In this document: one piece after another, positions 62,109 through 64,000 of the stretch | Position numbering within the stretch: position 1 is the stretch's first letter | How the letters are laid out: each line of letters opens with the position of its first letter | Source: Symbiobacterium sp. | GTDB taxonomy: Bacteria > Bacillota > Sulfobacillia > UBA995 > UBA9673 | Length of the DNA: 64,000 nucleotides | Reading direction: 5' to 3' | Assembly: GCA_020725405.1 (NCBI GenBank) | Contig: DYFB01000015.1 | Location: 32,157 to 96,156 of the forward strand | The notes under the pieces: model-generated | The model's input: only the letters and a program-made list of their open reading frames with translations | Told to the model about the DNA's origin: nothing | Database searches by the model: none | Program-made: the position numbers and the translations under genes

Positions 62109-62290
62109 CCAGGACCAGCCCCCCTTGGCTCCGCTATTTTGTTTTGGGTTACCGGTTAGGCCGGTCCCACCCCATCTGAGAGTGCGGATTCTGGGATTCC
62201 GGTTTCTTGGAAAACCCAGTGACCAACATGTCCAATTCTACGGTTTGGAACCCTTAGTGTCAACACCAGGTCGAAATCTGTCGCCAGTGC

Positions 62291-63466
62291 TTACTGAGGG
62301 TGGACGCCCCTGCCGGTGAGACCGGAGAACGACTCGGGGCGACCGGCGAAGTGCGTCCGGGGCAGAAGTCCGGCGGCCACGGCCTCGAGGGCCTCGGCGA
62401 GGGCCTTGTTGGCCGGTGCGTCGAGGCCGAGGCGCCCGGCGCACCTGACCACTGCTCCGTTGAGGAAAGACACTTCGCTGCGGTCGCGGCCGGCCTGGAG
62501 ATCGATCCAGAAGGAAGGCATCTTCCCTCCGCGGCCGCCGACCACGCGACCACCGAGGAGTCTCCGGAAGAGCGGCTCAGGCAGGAGGCGTCCGAGCGCG
62601 GCCAGAAGACGCACCGGGTAGCCGGGGAGGTCGACGGCGGGAATACCCGCGCGCTCCATGACCCTCAGGGCCTCCCGGAAGGCCAGCCAGTCGAGCCGGA
62701 AAAGCAACGGGTCGGCGACGACTTCCCGTGGAGAGAGGTCGAAGATGGCGCAGGTGGCGTTGGCCCAGAGATTGAGGAGCACCTTCGACCACTTGACCGA
62801 GTCGGCTCTCGGGTAGACCCTGACCCCGAAGCCGGCGGCGCGGAGGCTCTCCACCAGGGCGGCCTGAGCCCGGCCGTGCGGTCCCGGTCCCAGACCCCGT
62901 CCTTCCTGGGTTTTCCGGCCGCCCGCCGCCTCTGGCCCGAGAGGGGCGACGGTGAGGCCGCCCCGGTCCGTCAGGAGCCGGACCCGCCCGGGTCCCGGTC
63001 GCTCGACGCTGAGGGTGATGGCTCCCGCCAGGACACGCTCGGGCGGGAAGCGGGCGGCGGCGCGCTCCTCGGAGCCGAGCCCGTTCTGCAGACAGAGGAC
63101 GACCGGCTCGGCTCCGGCCGGGAGGTCTTGGGCCAGCTCGTCGACCGCCCCCTCGACATCGTAGGCCTTCACCGCCAGGATTACCGCTTCGGGCGCCCCC
63201 AGCTCGCGGACGGCCTCGCTGACGCTGGTGAAGGCCGGAGCGTGGAGCGGCCCGGGATCGAACCCGTCCTCAAGGATGAGTCCTGAGTTCCGGACGGCCT
63301 CGAGGTGCGGGCCGCGGCCAATGAGGGCCACCGGCATCCCTGTCCGGAAGAGCCGTCCGCCGACCAGACTGCCTATAGCCCCTGACCCGCAGCAGAACAC
63401 GGGACCGCCGGGAGAGGAGAGACGCCCGGAAAAACCCGTCCCGGCGGGCGGGCGGAGGGTCGTCAA
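62291..63466 (-). CDS. Ketopantoate reductase (PanE/ApbA) family oxidoreductase
   Basis: The Rossmann motif FCCGSGAIGSLVGGRL is at the N-terminus and ApbA_C-like features at the C-terminus. TTG 63466 has GAGGGAAAGGA upstream and overlaps the plsY stop. Confidence 0.7.
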   Translation of the reverse strand: MTTLRPPAGTGFSGRLSSPGGPVFCCGSGAIGSLVGGRLFRTGMPVALIGRGPHLEAVRNSGLILEDGFDPGPLHAPAFTSVSEAVRELGAPEAVILAVKAYDVEGAVDELAQDLPAGAEPVVLCLQNGLGSEERAAARFPPERVLAGAITLSVERPGPGRVRLLTDRGGLTVAPLGPEAAGGRKTQEGRGLGPGPHGRAQAALVESLRAAGFGVRVYPRADSVKWSKVLLNLWANATCAIFDLSPREVVADPLLFRLDWLAFREALRVMERAGIPAVDLPGYPVRLLAALGRLLPEPLFRRLLGGRVVGGRGGKMPSFWIDLQAGRDRSEVSFLNGAVVRCAGRLGLDAPANKALAEALEAVAAGLLPRTHFAGRPESFSGLTGRGVHPQ

Positions 63467-64000
63467 GAGTCCTTTCCCTCGACGGCGATTTTCTGCGTGA
63501 ACCGGAGCTCCTTACCCTGAAGAAGCCGCCTGATGTTCGCCCGGTGCTGCCATATGGCGGCCGCGGCAAGGGCCACTCCGAGGGCGACGACCGCCGGCGG
63601 CTGTCCGAGCAGATACAGGAGGAGCGCGGCTGCCGTCAGACCCAGCATCGACCCCAGGGAGGCGTAGCCGGAAACGAGAACGACGAGTATCCACACCCCC
63701 GCGGCCCCCAGGGCGACGAGCGGTGCAAGCGCCAGTAGGGCGCCGAGGCTCGTCGCCACTCCCTTGCCGCCCTGAAAACGCAGGAAGACCGACCAGTTGT
63801 GTCCGGCAACGGCGAGGGCGGCCGCCAGGGCCAGGGTTCCCACCGGGAGACCGAGATGCCGTCCAACGAGAACGGGCAGGAAGCCCTTGGCCGCGTCGAG
63901 GGCGAACACCACGGCGGCCCAGGCCGGGCCGAGGGTCCTCAGGACGTTAGTCGTTCCGATATTCCCACTACCGTAGCGGCGGATATCCACCTTCTTGACC
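63463..64000 (-). CDS. plsY: Glycerol-3-phosphate acyltransferase PlsY. It is 5' partial because it continues past the window end.
   Basis: DIRRYGSGNIGTTNVLRTLG...AGHNWSVFLRFQGGKGVAT are PlsY motifs. The frame remains open at 64000. Confidence 0.8.
   Translation of the reverse strand, partial: VKKVDIRRYGSGNIGTTNVLRTLGPAWAAVVFALDAAKGFLPVLVGRHLGLPVGTLALAAALAVAGHNWSVFLRFQGGKGVATSLGALLALAPLVALGAAGVWILVVLVSGYASLGSMLGLTAAALLLYLLGQPPAVVALGVALAAAAIWQHRANIRRLLQGKELRFTQKIAVEGKDS

Noticed and set aside
1-64000. tRNA or rRNA genes, insertion sequences and prophage genes
   Set aside because: No T-psi-C-like GGTTCGAATCC cores, no rRNA-like conserved stretches and no transposase or integrase-like ORFs were seen by eye in any intergenic region larger than 100 bp.

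Overview
This is a ~70% GC, densely coded chromosomal segment carrying about 60 genes on both strands. Gene content and order point to an endospore-forming, high-GC Firmicute-like organism, possibly Symbiobacterium- or Limnochordia-like; that is an inference from content, not a database hit. A housekeeping backbone is clearly recognisable and follows the Bacillus subtilis arrangement: miaB-mutS-mutL-miaA-hfq, then spoVK, hflX (ynbA), a ynbB-like gene and lexA. The window opens with the end of a 2-oxoacid:ferredoxin oxidoreductase operon (korB partial, korC), followed by a PHP phosphoesterase, a tldD/pmbA pair and pxpA plus a fused pxpBC (5-oxoprolinase). Sporulation genes present are spoIIP, spoVK, three atypical alpha/beta-type SASP genes, a RacA-like MerR/coiled-coil protein and a LysM polysaccharide deacetylase. 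Metabolic genes include manC, ldh, two tandem cysteine-type formate dehydrogenases (one a 1376-aa GltD-like/FdhA fusion), an AsnB-like amidotransferase fused to a CofE-like domain, gltX, a ferredoxin-AOR-MoaD operon, acuC-like, dinB, ndk, an M42 peptidase, speH, a panE-like gene and plsY (partial at the window end). Non-coding features are several clean sigma-A-like promoters (TATAAT boxes stand out in this GC-rich DNA), an SOS locus with three Cheo-type LexA boxes and divergent promoters, three unrelated 26-32 bp tandem repeats in intergenic regions, a ~180 bp polypyrimidine tract, GC-rich hairpins and a decayed TIM-barrel pseudogene. No rRNA, tRNA, CRISPR array or transposase was recognised. 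The most unusual items are the AsnB-CofE-like fusion, the fused beta-alpha formate dehydrogenase next to a stand-alone alpha paralogue, the LexA-controlled divergent unit with a tiny Arg-rich ORF and ~480 bp of structured non-coding DNA, the extended SASP variants, mutL lacking a canonical start codon, and a nucleoside-phosphorylase-family gene paired with a pseudo-receiver lacking the phospho-acceptor Asp. Start codons were chosen by homology to known N-termini plus Shine-Dalgarno spacing, so many carry roughly +/-30 codon uncertainty. One region around 46.1-46.5 kb may be indexed 1 nt off in my reading.
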